A DNA stretch of 64,000 bases, taken from the IMG/VR virus record IMGVR_UViG_3300027985_001053, one strand, 5' to 3'. Numbering within the stretch: position 1 is the stretch's first letter; each line of letters begins with the position of its first letter. The translations under genes were made by a program, and so were the position numbers. Of this stretch, positions 47,922-57,994 are shown in pieces. This stretch comes from a virus. Its lineage: Duplodnaviria; Heunggongvirae; Uroviricota; Caudoviricetes. Below the pieces are notes generated by a model. That model had not been told where the DNA came from. It made no database searches and saw nothing but the letters and a program-made list of their open reading frames with translations.

Positions 47922-49439
47922 TTAAAGAATTCCTCGTTCTACGAGATTTTCTATTATCTTATTAGATGTTATATCCTGAATACCTACAGATTCAACCGAT
48001 TTAATAACTTCCTCTAACAACCCTTTCTGTGGTTTCATAGCACCTACATAAACAAGTTCCGTAAATAGTCTTCCACCTATAATTGTTTCAGGACTTTCCA
48101 CTACTTGTTGTTCTGTAAGCTTAATGGCCTCTAAAGTAATAGCTGTTTCTTCAAGGGATTTTTTACCTGCAACATACCTTGTAACTAAGATATTCTCTGT
48201 CATCTTTAAAGCAGACTTTAACTGATTAAGAGTCATCGCATCAGCATCTCTTTTAGCATTTTTAAGCTCCATCTGATATTGAGACAAAGGGTCATCTTCT
48301 AAGCCAAATTGCTTATCAATCTCTACAGCGATATTTACCATACCTTCACCTAATTTTTCTGCTGGCTTATCTTTTTCTAAAGGTTTAATCATTCTTTGGT
48401 CTAAAGATCCACTTTGAACTACCTCAGACTCGTCAATTTCCTTTTTTTCTATTTCCATTTGAACCTCTTCAATTAGTTTTTTATCTTTTAAACTTTTATT
48501 TAACATGCTAACCATAGGTTGCATAAAAAAAGTAATATATCTTAATAGTTGTTGCGTATGCTTACATGATAAAGAATGGTCTTGTATACCTTTCCACCCC
48601 TTACCTTTTGTACCGGTAGTTAAAGGAATATTTGTAGGATAGATGGAAGCATCTAATTGTGATAAGTTGTAATTAGTTCCTTGCCAATGAAACGCTGGAC
48701 AATTACAAAACATTTGAGCATCAACTTCCGATATAAGTTCTTTTAGCTCATCTCTTGTAACAATTCCAGAATCAGATGGTCGAGTATCTAACCATTTAAA
48801 AAAATTAGGAATTCGTATATAAATTTCATACGTTTTTGAGCTATTCTTTTTAAGATCGAACTTAGCTGAAGGGTCAGTTTCCTGTTTCAAATCCTCTAAA
48901 GGAGTTGCTTCTGTTAAAAAACCCCACTCAACATAATCATCGGTTCCTACCTTCTTTACAACGCAGTCAATTAGTTTTACGCTTTTATTCCCTTCACCAA
49001 CTAAAGATCTACGTTCATCATAAAAAACTTTAGTAAAATCTGACATAGACTCCGGATGTTTTAAATCCAGGAGAGTTACTTCCATAACTTTAGATTCCCT
49101 AATAAAATCTTCTGTATACATATGACGATCACGCAAAGCTCCTGCTAAATCAATAAGCATAAACATAGAAGTGTGTATATTCCCTGAAAACTTATCTAAA
49201 TCTACGAAAGGAGATAACGGAGTAGACCGTCCACTACTGAATAGAAAGTCTCTAGGAATGGCTCTTATTACGGAAGCTGTAGAAATAGGAAATGAAGGCC
49301 TTCTACTATCTAACACTACTAAGTAAAGACTATAGTTGACATTCATCACTTTTGATAATTTGACATTTTTAATTTTTTCTATATTAAAGTACTTTCTCAG
49401 AGTTTGAGCTTGAGGAGTACCATTCATAAACTCAGCCAT
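47922..49439 (-). CDS. structural protein
   Basis: 505 aa ORF. Confidence 0.35.
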   Translation of the reverse strand: MAEFMNGTPQAQTLRKYFNIEKIKNVKLSKVMNVNYSLYLVVLDSRRPSFPISTASVIRAIPRDFLFSSGRSTPLSPFVDLDKFSGNIHTSMFMLIDLAGALRDRHMYTEDFIRESKVMEVTLLDLKHPESMSDFTKVFYDERRSLVGEGNKSVKLIDCVVKKVGTDDYVEWGFLTEATPLEDLKQETDPSAKFDLKKNSSKTYEIYIRIPNFFKWLDTRPSDSGIVTRDELKELISEVDAQMFCNCPAFHWQGTNYNLSQLDASIYPTNIPLTTGTKGKGWKGIQDHSLSCKHTQQLLRYITFFMQPMVSMLNKSLKDKKLIEEVQMEIEKKEIDESEVVQSGSLDQRMIKPLEKDKPAEKLGEGMVNIAVEIDKQFGLEDDPLSQYQMELKNAKRDADAMTLNQLKSALKMTENILVTRYVAGKKSLEETAITLEAIKLTEQQVVESPETIIGGRLFTELVYVGAMKPQKGLLEEVIKSVESVGIQDITSNKIIENLVERGIL

Positions 49440-49449
49440 AGTCTAATAG

Positions 49450-50109
49450 TTAAGAAAACATACTCGGACTTATTGAAAATATTTCCTCAGAAGAGTATTC
49501 TATAATCCTCAAATAGTAGGACCCATAAAATCTACAACGAGCTCTTACTACAATATCCTTGTAAAGAGTCCCTATAAAATCCTTTTTACAGGATTCTGTA
49601 AAAACAACACCAACTAAATGAGTTCCTAACAATCTGGTTGATGCATTTTTAGTTGCTCCGCAGAATAAAACTTTAACTTGTTTACCTCTGGCTCTAAGAT
49701 AGATGCTATCCCCGGACAAAGTAATCTCTAATCTGTTAGAAAAAGGCATAGCTTTCAAGGTTTCTAAAAAAGAAAACTTGTACATATCTGCTTCGTGTTG
49801 ATCTTTAGTTAAAAACAAAGTAGAAAAGGGCATAAACGTACAAACCCTAGAAATACCATAAACGTCGGAAAACAATAAAAGTTGTTGTAAATAAATCATG
49901 GAGAGTATCTCGATTAAAGTGGTTCCACATCTATTTAACCCTCCAGGGAGCTGAAGAATACTTCTTGTGTTTTTTGTGTTCCAGTAGCTTCTCAAGACAT
50001 TCACTGTAGATTCTTTTAACTTACTACTAATATCAGTACCTAAATACTCAGGAGTTAAAAACTCGTCAATACTAGGCGGTAGTTTATTAATATTCTGATA
50101 ATTATTCAT
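49450..50109 (-). CDS. truncated paralog of the terminase large-subunit ATPase N-domain
   Basis: LPPSIDEFLTPEYLGTD and RSYW...LQLPGGLNRCGTTLIEILSMIY align with KPPTITEFMTPKYLGDT and FSYW...LSLFIGAGKSFVSTVSAMY of the 52002..54098 gene; P-loop degenerate. Confidence 0.5.
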   Translation of the reverse strand: MNNYQNINKLPPSIDEFLTPEYLGTDISSKLKESTVNVLRSYWNTKNTRSILQLPGGLNRCGTTLIEILSMIYLQQLLLFSDVYGISRVCTFMPFSTLFLTKDQHEADMYKFSFLETLKAMPFSNRLEITLSGDSIYLRARGKQVKVLFCGATKNASTRLLGTHLVGVVFTESCKKDFIGTLYKDIVVRARCRFYGSYYLRIIEYSSEEIFSISPSMFS

Positions 50110-50185
50110 ATAACCTCTTATATAGATAGTACTAGATTAACTTTTCTAAAAAGTATAAGCTTATCAAAGCTAGGAGGCTAAATAG

Positions 50186-50398
50186 ATGAAAACACTTGTA
50201 TTTGCAGTATACAAACTTTTAGTAAGCATTTTATTATTGTTTGGAACATGGTTTGCAATAGGTCCATGGTTATTAAATCAACAATCTAGTTTAATGTACT
50301 TATTGGGAATAATTATCAATATCTCTGTAATCATTCCTGTCGTAAAAATCCTACAAAGTGTAGGTAAAGATATAAAGAAAATAGGAGAAGAACAATGA
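50186..50398 (+). CDS. small 2-TM membrane protein
   Basis: hydrophobic; stop overlaps the next ATG (ATGA). Confidence 0.45.
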   Translation: MKTLVFAVYKLLVSILLLFGTWFAIGPWLLNQQSSLMYLLGIIINISVIIPVVKILQSVGKDIKKIGEEQ

Positions 50399-51273
50399 AA
50401 AAATTACTAATTTTACTAGTAGTTGTGTTAAGTTTTGTTTCTTGTGCGGATAGAGTTTCGCCAGGATATGTCGGTATCAGAACATACCAAAGAGGTGATA
50501 AAGCAGGTCAATCAGAAGTCTTAGGTGTAGGAAAACATTCTTTTGTATGGGCTACATCAACAGTAGTATTTCCTACTTTTAGACAAAACTATGTTTGGAC
50601 GCAAGATCCTACAGAAGGATCCAAACGAGATGAATCTATCAAGTTTGCTATAGAAGGAATGGAGATAGGTGTAGATATAGGTATAGAGTTCTCTGTTATA
50701 CCTGATTCTGTAGCAGTTGTTTATGCTGAATACCGTAAAACTCTCGATGAATTAACAGCAGGGCCTTTAAGAAATTATATTCGAGATGCTATAACGTTTG
50801 CAACTAAAGATTACAACTCTGTTGAAGAGTTTATTACAGGAAACCTATTAACAGTTATCGTATCAGATGCAGCTAAACAAGTTAAAGATCATTTTAGAAC
50901 AAAAGGTATAGATATCTCTAAAGTATATATTATTGGAAAACCACATTACCCACCTAAAATTGTTGCTGAAATTGAAAACAAAGTTATGAAGGTGCAACAA
51001 GCTGCTGCAAAAGAAAACGAGGTTAGAGAAGCCGAGGCTCAAGCAAAAATAAATGAAGCGAAAGCTACAGGAGAGGCAAGAGCTAAAGAGATTTCCGCTG
51101 AAACTAATGCAAGAATTGTAAAACTAAATGCGGATGCTGAGGCATATGCTAATGAGAAAATTAGTAGGTCATTAACACCTTTACTTCTCGAAGATAAGAA
51201 AATAAATAAGTGGAATGGTGTAGAATCTCTCTACAATGCTGACGGTTCTGGAAACATAATATCGATTAAATAA
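50395..51273 (+). CDS. SPFH/band-7 (stomatin/prohibitin-like) lipoprotein
   Basis: lipobox LSFVSC after the signal peptide; SPFH core; Ala/Glu-rich coiled coil AKENEVREAEAQAKINEAKATGEARAKEIS. Confidence 0.65.
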   Translation: MKKLLILLVVVLSFVSCADRVSPGYVGIRTYQRGDKAGQSEVLGVGKHSFVWATSTVVFPTFRQNYVWTQDPTEGSKRDESIKFAIEGMEIGVDIGIEFSVIPDSVAVVYAEYRKTLDELTAGPLRNYIRDAITFATKDYNSVEEFITGNLLTVIVSDAAKQVKDHFRTKGIDISKVYIIGKPHYPPKIVAEIENKVMKVQQAAAKENEVREAEAQAKINEAKATGEARAKEISAETNARIVKLNADAEAYANEKISRSLTPLLLEDKKINKWNGVESLYNADGSGNIISIK

Positions 51274-51303
51274 ATACTACCTTAAATATTTTATTACCAA
51301 TTA

Positions 51304-51379
<76 letters not shown>

Positions 51380-51383
51380 ATGA

Positions 51384-52001
51384 CTATTCACCATTATACC
51401 AACTACTGGTAACAATATGTCTTTCTTCTTGTATAGGCGTTACTATAAGGTCATCTGAAGTCTCAGGGATAGGAACCTCTTCACCTTCAACAGGTAAGTC
51501 TTCTTCCCTAAATTTTTCTATTAAATAGGTCATAGCTAATTGCATCTGATTATCTCCTCTAACACCTTCTAAGGTATTTACTGGAGCTATTAAAAACCGT
51601 TGTTGCTGTACAAAAGTTTTACTCTTTACAAGACGTTTCTTTACCTGGAAGAGCTGTAGAATAAAGTTTTCTTTATCTAACCAGATCTGTCTGAATATAA
51701 AGTCATCTTCAGATAGGATATTATCGAAAGATGTGTAAGCATATTTCGGCAAAACATCATAAATATTAATGCCTTCTGACCCATGGCCATCATTTCCATA
51801 AAGCTCAGTTTCCTGACCTGGAATATCTAAATAGCATTCTACGATTTTCATAGATTGAGGAAATACTCTTTTATCCCTGTAAAGATTTAATTCCTCTGTA
51901 GTAACCAGAACTACACCCGTCTTATTCCCTACTTTCTTGATCTTAGCATTGTAAAGTTTTCTACGTGCCCCGTAATGGGCTCTGTTTAGGTTTTCTTGCA
52001 T
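51384..52001 (-). CDS. hypothetical protein
   Basis: 205 aa ORF. Confidence 0.4.
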   Translation of the reverse strand: MQENLNRAHYGARRKLYNAKIKKVGNKTGVVLVTTEELNLYRDKRVFPQSMKIVECYLDIPGQETELYGNDGHGSEGINIYDVLPKYAYTSFDNILSEDDFIFRQIWLDKENFILQLFQVKKRLVKSKTFVQQQRFLIAPVNTLEGVRGDNQMQLAMTYLIEKFREEDLPVEGEEVPIPETSDDLIVTPIQEERHIVTSSWYNGE

Positions 52002-54098
52002 CTAAACTTCCTCCAAGTGTTTATCTTTTAATAATTTTTTCAAAAGCTGTTCTTTACGAACAGTTCTATCTACATCTGGATCCAAAATTCTAAGCTCATC
52101 TTCGTTATAGACATACCTAGGAGTGCTTTTCATATCAGTATGACAAATATAAACTGCTGCTGCCGTAGAGTCTGAAACGTCATTTTGATACATCCCTGCA
52201 TCTGACAACAACCAACTAGTATTTTCTTTAGATTTCAAAGCATTGGTTTTCCCTTGCATATGGTCAACTTTCAACCCTTTTTTAGTAGGTACTGTAATTA
52301 ATGATTTTAGGTTATTCTTAAAATAAATCTGTTTCCCTGCTTTAAGTCTATGAGTTGATAGCAAGTTTAATAAAAATAAGTAAGGAGCCATTGTAGTCTC
52401 AACTGATTGCTTTTTTACCTGAAAACCTCTACGTTCTAACCATTGAATAGTTCCTTTAGATTCAAACTGGTCAAAAGAGATTCCGGCAATTCTAATATTA
52501 CCGAGAGTCTTTAAATCTACAATAAACTCTCTTATTGCATCCAGGTTTATTTTAGCACCATTTGATAGAATAGGAAACTGAATATCTATTATATAGATTT
52601 CTCTACCCTCTTTATCCAGCTCTTTATGACACATGGTAAATCCCAAAGCATCTGTTTTCTCTGATTGGTCTACGGATATATAACGTTCTTCTAAAGGATT
52701 TCTCCAGAACTGGTACATCCCATTACCTCTAACAAAATAAGTGTTTACTACTTGATTCCATATAAGGTTTTCTGGCTCAAACATAGAGTCGGCTAGAATA
52801 GATGTCATTATAGACTTTAAACCACCCTGGAAACATTCTTCGATACAAGATCTATTAGTAATAAACTTCGCATCGGCTCCTGCCGGAACCCCTGCATAGT
52901 TTTTCAAGTTCCTAATTAAGTCTTCGTCAAATAAAGGTTTTAACTCTAAAGGAGGGTGTATAAGATCAATCTCCTCGTATCGGGATACCTCTGAGTCATT
53001 TAATATTTTAGGTTCTCTAGAAGCATCTCCTTTAAAAATAGAAAACTTAGCTTCTGGATTCTGAATCTCCCATGTTTTATATTCCCAATAGGCTCCGGTA
53101 ACTACTTTATTACGAAAATATCCTTCAGAATCAGCCTTTGCAGATTCCCCTGTATGAATCATTCTATCTATAGAACATTCCATAGTATTTGGGGAAGAGT
53201 CCATAGATGTTCTTGCCAACCAGTTATTACCAAAACGTGAATAAATCCGTCCTTTTAAATCATTATAACTCCTTAAAATATAATCATCACTAAAACCACG
53301 ATCTAAGAAAAACGTTAACTCTGATATAGTACCTCCTAAAATAGAAAGACCTAATAACTTAGCTGGGTCTGAAATATTCTTAATACCTAAACCATCCTTA
53401 CCATCCCATGTTGGAAAAGATAAATCCATAGTTTTACCAGCAGTAGTCCAACAAACTTTAGAAGCTCCATAATCTTTTTGAGTATTCCTCATTTGCTCGA
53501 TAGTACGGCATTTTTCGTACATTGGGGAAGTTTCTAAGATATTTATCATCGGGTCTACTAAAAGCTCTCTAGCCTTATCCTGAGTGAATGAGAAGGCTAC
53601 AGCACATACTAATGATGCAGGGGAGAGACCTAATTCTTTTTTAGGATTCCTTTTAAGAAAATAGAGATAGTTTTGATACATTGCAGAAACTGTAGATACA
53701 AAAGACTTTCCTGCTCCAATAAATAATGATAATATCAAATGCCTATAGTCATTACCAAACTCCCAGTAATCCGCCATAATATCTAACCAGTACGAGAATA
53801 TATTCTCACCAGTATCCCCTAAATACTTTGGAGTCATAAACTCTGTTATCGTTGGAGGTTTCGATACATAGCTAAACTTCCAGGGATTTTTCATAATATT
53901 TAATAAGTCTTTTTGAGGAAGGTTTGGATTATTAACTAAAAACTCTAAGGACTGTTGTATAAGCTTAATATCATATTTCTCATCTAAGTCTTTATATAAA
54001 GCATCATCTCCCTGAAAAAAGTCAAGAAGCATGTTTGCTGGATCTGAAATAGCAGGTTTATGAATAATAGGTGGCTTTATATTATCAGTAATATTCAT
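52002..54098 (-). CDS. terL: terminase large subunit
   Basis: Walker A-like LSLFIGAGKSFVS; nuclease motif YISVDQSEKTDALGFTMCHKELDKEGREIYIIDIQ patterned like T4 gp17 [21 protein letters not shown]. Confidence 0.65.
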   Translation of the reverse strand: MNITDNIKPPIIHKPAISDPANMLLDFFQGDDALYKDLDEKYDIKLIQQSLEFLVNNPNLPQKDLLNIMKNPWKFSYVSKPPTITEFMTPKYLGDTGENIFSYWLDIMADYWEFGNDYRHLILSLFIGAGKSFVSTVSAMYQNYLYFLKRNPKKELGLSPASLVCAVAFSFTQDKARELLVDPMINILETSPMYEKCRTIEQMRNTQKDYGASKVCWTTAGKTMDLSFPTWDGKDGLGIKNISDPAKLLGLSILGGTISELTFFLDRGFSDDYILRSYNDLKGRIYSRFGNNWLARTSMDSSPNTMECSIDRMIHTGESAKADSEGYFRNKVVTGAYWEYKTWEIQNPEAKFSIFKGDASREPKILNDSEVSRYEEIDLIHPPLELKPLFDEDLIRNLKNYAGVPAGADAKFITNRSCIEECFQGGLKSIMTSILADSMFEPENLIWNQVVNTYFVRGNGMYQFWRNPLEERYISVDQSEKTDALGFTMCHKELDKEGREIYIIDIQFPILSNGAKINLDAIREFIVDLKTLGNIRIAGISFDQFESKGTIQWLERRGFQVKKQSVETTMAPYLFLLNLLSTHRLKAGKQIYFKNNLKSLITVPTKKGLKVDHMQGKTNALKSKENTSWLLSDAGMYQNDVSDSTAAAVYICHTDMKSTPRYVYNEDELRILDPDVDRTVRKEQLLKKLLKDKHLEEV

Positions 54099-54171
54099 TG
54101 TAATCTCCTTAAATAAAAAAAGAGGAGCCGAAACCCCTCTTATTAGTTAATTAAGGAGTTTCCTCCTATTA

Positions 54172-55668
54172 TTACATTACGTCTGTATTTAGAAGTAATA
54201 TACTATTAATATACTTATCTTGAAGTACTGCTTGGTCCTCATAAGTAACCAAACCACTTTCAGTATAGAACTCTGCTGGATGAGTTAGTTTACCCTCGAA
54301 TCTTCCAATAGGTAGGAAAACTCCGAAACTTAAAGAAGCATCATTTGCATCCTCTTCACCATTCTTGTAAACAGTGATAATTTCATCCGGTGCTACACCT
54401 GTAGAACCTGCGGCAGCAGACGCACCTGCATCGATACCACCAGAAACATCTACATATACTGGAAGACCTTCATAAGTACCAGCCTTGTAAACACCTACAG
54501 CGTTAGGTTTAGATTCTCTCACATAACCATCAACCTTAGTTAAATACTCTTGAGCAACAGCACCACAAATTAAATGTGAAATACCACCGTGACCAATTGC
54601 ATTTTGAGTTCTATGAGCAGCTTTATCAATATACTGTTTTAAATCTTGAGCTCTCATGCTAGAAGACGCAGCTCCTAGAGTTACCCAGTCAGCATCAAAA
54701 GTTATTTGAGTTGCCCAAGAAGAAACAGATTTAGCTGTTCTAATTGCTCTAAAACCTTGAGCTTTTACCATTTCTCTAGATGCTCCTGAGATAAGAGTTC
54801 TTTCAGCCCCCATCTTAAGCTGGTCATCCATCATTAAAGATGTCATGTGTGACCATTTTACTGCTAAAGGTTGTGGTTTAGCTTGGAAATCGTAAGCTCT
54901 TAGGTTAATATCCACAGTCTTTATTTGATTATACTGAGAAGGATCTTCTGTATTAACCCCATATTCAACAGTCATTGTTGCACCTGCTAAAGTAGCAGAA
55001 GCTAAAGTACCGCTTATTTCACCTGTTTTTAGGTTTACCCAAGATAGCGAAGCTAACGAAATACCAGGACCTACAATTCTTGCTTTATCAGCACTACCAC
55101 CTGTACCTGCTACACCATTATCATAACCTACTGGTTGACCATTTAAATAAATAGTAACAGATGTTGCTCTTACAACTTTATTAACGGCTGCTAAAGTAAA
55201 CGCATCTGTAGTAGCTACGTGCGTTAAAGCTGCTGTAACAATTTCTGTAGGATAATCGAAGTTAGCAAGAGTATTTCTCATAATCTCGCCTTTGTAAGGA
55301 CCTTCTGCGTAAGCTGTTTGAACTCTATAAATAGAATCCTTCATTCCGGACATCGCCCAAACGTTAAAGATATCGGATCTAATATCATTAACTGCTGTTA
55401 AGTTAATAACCTTTACAATTGTTTGTGGAGTAACTTGGAAAGTATCCGAAATCTGAGTTTCCGTCATCTTTGATAACATTTTCTCAGTATTTTCTAGTAA
55501 TCTAGCAATATTTCTAGCTTTTCTAAAGTTCTTAGTTGCTAAAGAATCTAAAGCACCCTCTTTAAACAAACCTCTCTCAGCACCCCATCTATTAATAAGA
55601 TTTCGGTCTTCTCGTAAAATTCTTTCTTCGTGAATTTTCTTAGATTCTACCATTTTATTGTTTATCAT
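54172..55668 (-). CDS. major capsid protein (T4 gp23-like, tentative)
   Basis: 498 aa; segmental resemblance to gp23; placed after scaffold/protease. Confidence 0.5.
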   Translation of the reverse strand: MINNKMVESKKIHEERILREDRNLINRWGAERGLFKEGALDSLATKNFRKARNIARLLENTEKMLSKMTETQISDTFQVTPQTIVKVINLTAVNDIRSDIFNVWAMSGMKDSIYRVQTAYAEGPYKGEIMRNTLANFDYPTEIVTAALTHVATTDAFTLAAVNKVVRATSVTIYLNGQPVGYDNGVAGTGGSADKARIVGPGISLASLSWVNLKTGEISGTLASATLAGATMTVEYGVNTEDPSQYNQIKTVDINLRAYDFQAKPQPLAVKWSHMTSLMMDDQLKMGAERTLISGASREMVKAQGFRAIRTAKSVSSWATQITFDADWVTLGAASSSMRAQDLKQYIDKAAHRTQNAIGHGGISHLICGAVAQEYLTKVDGYVRESKPNAVGVYKAGTYEGLPVYVDVSGGIDAGASAAAGSTGVAPDEIITVYKNGEEDANDASLSFGVFLPIGRFEGKLTHPAEFYTESGLVTYEDQAVLQDKYINSILLLNTDVM

Positions 55669-55902
55669 TCTTTAATTTCCTTTTTTAATAATTACATCTA
55701 ATTTGTTTTGTTTTTAAATAACTTAAATATCCTAAGTGTCTTCCGGATCAATATCAAATCCTTCGTAACTACCTAGGTATATGTTTAAGGTAGTTTTATG
55801 TTAATACAAATTTTTAAATATAACTTTTTTAAATATTTTTATTTAATGTTTTATTAAATACTCAAGAGCATTTTCACACTCTTGATATTATAGTTACTTT
55901 AT

Positions 55903-57966
55903 TTAAGCTAAGTCACCTAACGCTGTTCCGTCATCATTACCGTAAGAATAGCTTGGTTTAAAGTTACTAAAACTTTCTTTAAAAGATGAATTATCTAAAG
56001 CTTCTCTTTTAATAATTCCGTTTAATTTAAAAATAGTATGTTGTAACTGATCATAAGTAGTACACTCTACTAAAGAACTCTTGTAAGTTGCTAAAGCAGG
56101 GTCTTTTGTAAGAATTTCTTCAACAGCTTCTCTAATTGTCTGAACATTAGCTGTAGATACTTTCTCATCAAAATGATTCATACTTTTGTTATCTAGTATA
56201 TTAGATGTTACGTTTACAGATTCTTTTACAGAATTTTTAGCTTTTTCTGCATCAGTCATATCAGAATCATCCTCTGAACCATCATTAGATTCTTTAATAA
56301 CATTAGGATCTTCAACAGCACCTGTTACAGCTCCAGTTTGTACCGGTAATTCAGGGTCAATTATACCTTCAGCACCTTCTTTAATAACTGTAGGATCTTC
56401 AACAGCACCTGTTACAGCTCCATTTTGTTCTGGTAAAGCAGGATCAATTATACCTTCAGCACCTTCTTGAACAGATTCTTTCTGCTTCTCTAATTGAGAA
56501 CGTAGCAACTTGTTTTGTTCTTTCTCTTTCTTTAATGCTGCTTGAAGAGTAGCTATCTCATTATCTTTAAGATTGTCACCTTCTTTAAACTCTACAGAAG
56601 TTTCTGGAATATTCTCTAATATAACCTTTGCTTCTACTAACTCTATCTTAAGGATTTTTGCATTATCTATTATAACTTCCTCAAGAACCTTACATTTATG
56701 ACCTGAAAATAGTCCTTCTTTCACTTTATTCTCCTCTGATGTAGTACCTGGGGTTACATTAGTTATAGGGTCTGCTACATTGTAATCAACGAGAGATAAA
56801 TCTGCGTTATTATTAGCATCTACTATAGTGTCATGATTTACATCTGCTTTATTGGTTTCAAGGCTTTCTTTAACCTCGGTGTTATCTTTATCGTAAAGCT
56901 TTTGTTTGCCATCACAGCCTTCCTCTACAACATCTTTGTCAGTTTTAGGGTCTGCTACAGCTTTTAGTATTTCTTGTTGTTTTATGTTTGTCTCTTTAAG
57001 AGCTTTAGATAACACTTCCATGGATTCTATAACTTTGTTTTTAGAATCTAATTCCTCTCGAAGCACTTTTATTTCTTCTTCAAGATTTTTTGAAACTTCT
57101 GCTGATTCTTGAAGCTTATTTTTAATCTCCAGAGATTCATTCTCTTTTATCTTCAATAAGTTTTCTTGTTCGGTTTTTATTACATCATAAGCTTCTTTTA
57201 TAGAAGCAACTACAATAGGCAATCTTGCTCTATCTTCGTCTTCGATATAACTCTCAATCACTTTTAGCTTTGCTTTTCGTTCATCTAAATTAACAATAGA
57301 TTTTGCACTCTCTATTAACTTACCGAACTCTAAGTTAAGCTCTGTTAAATTGCTTTTCACTGAATTCTCCTTAGATTCTATAATTGGTTTATTTAAATTC
57401 GATTCTTTTAGAACTTCGCCAGTAGGAGTTACTCTAGGGCTAGAAGGGGTAATATAAACTTCATAAGAAGGTACCATAACTAAATCACACCATCTGTCTA
57501 GTTCTAAATCAAAAACGTATCCTGCATCATCGATGTCACCATCAAAAACAGAAGAAACTCCTAAACTAGCTCCTAAAAATAAAGCTTTCTCTAATTTTAA
57601 ACTGAAAGCCTCATCGATTATATATACGTCAATATATAGGATATCCCCAAGTACTTGTGGATTTTTAGCTACAGCCCCTATATCTTTTGTTGAAGGTTTA
57701 CCTTCATCGTGGTCAAATAAAGCAAAAGTAGCATTCTTCCCGTATTTAGCAGCAACTCGAAGACCCTCTTTTTTTGAATAAATACGATTATTCAAATTAC
57801 GTTGGTCTAGTCTCCAAAGAGGAACCCTATACCCTATCAAATCTTGATAGGTTTGTACTCCCTCTTTTAATTTAATATCTATTTTAGATTCTGTTAACTT
57901 CTCTAAAGGAAGTAACTGCTCATTCCAGTCTCTGTAAAAATTATCTATTAGTTTCTTTTTAGCCAA
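55903..57966 (-). CDS. prohead protease/scaffold-like protein with coiled coil and an internal 30-aa duplication
   Basis: long E/K-rich coiled coil; duplicated VIKEGAEGIIDP(A/E)LP(E/V)Q(N/T)GAVTGAVEDP. Confidence 0.4.
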   Translation of the reverse strand: MAKKKLIDNFYRDWNEQLLPLEKLTESKIDIKLKEGVQTYQDLIGYRVPLWRLDQRNLNNRIYSKKEGLRVAAKYGKNATFALFDHDEGKPSTKDIGAVAKNPQVLGDILYIDVYIIDEAFSLKLEKALFLGASLGVSSVFDGDIDDAGYVFDLELDRWCDLVMVPSYEVYITPSSPRVTPTGEVLKESNLNKPIIESKENSVKSNLTELNLEFGKLIESAKSIVNLDERKAKLKVIESYIEDEDRARLPIVVASIKEAYDVIKTEQENLLKIKENESLEIKNKLQESAEVSKNLEEEIKVLREELDSKNKVIESMEVLSKALKETNIKQQEILKAVADPKTDKDVVEEGCDGKQKLYDKDNTEVKESLETNKADVNHDTIVDANNNADLSLVDYNVADPITNVTPGTTSEENKVKEGLFSGHKCKVLEEVIIDNAKILKIELVEAKVILENIPETSVEFKEGDNLKDNEIATLQAALKKEKEQNKLLRSQLEKQKESVQEGAEGIIDPALPEQNGAVTGAVEDPTVIKEGAEGIIDPELPVQTGAVTGAVEDPNVIKESNDGSEDDSDMTDAEKAKNSVKESVNVTSNILDNKSMNHFDEKVSTANVQTIREAVEEILTKDPALATYKSSLVECTTYDQLQHTIFKLNGIIKREALDNSSFKESFSNFKPSYSYGNDDGTALGDLA

Positions 57967-57994
57967 TTTAGATTCCTTAATCTAATAGTAATAA

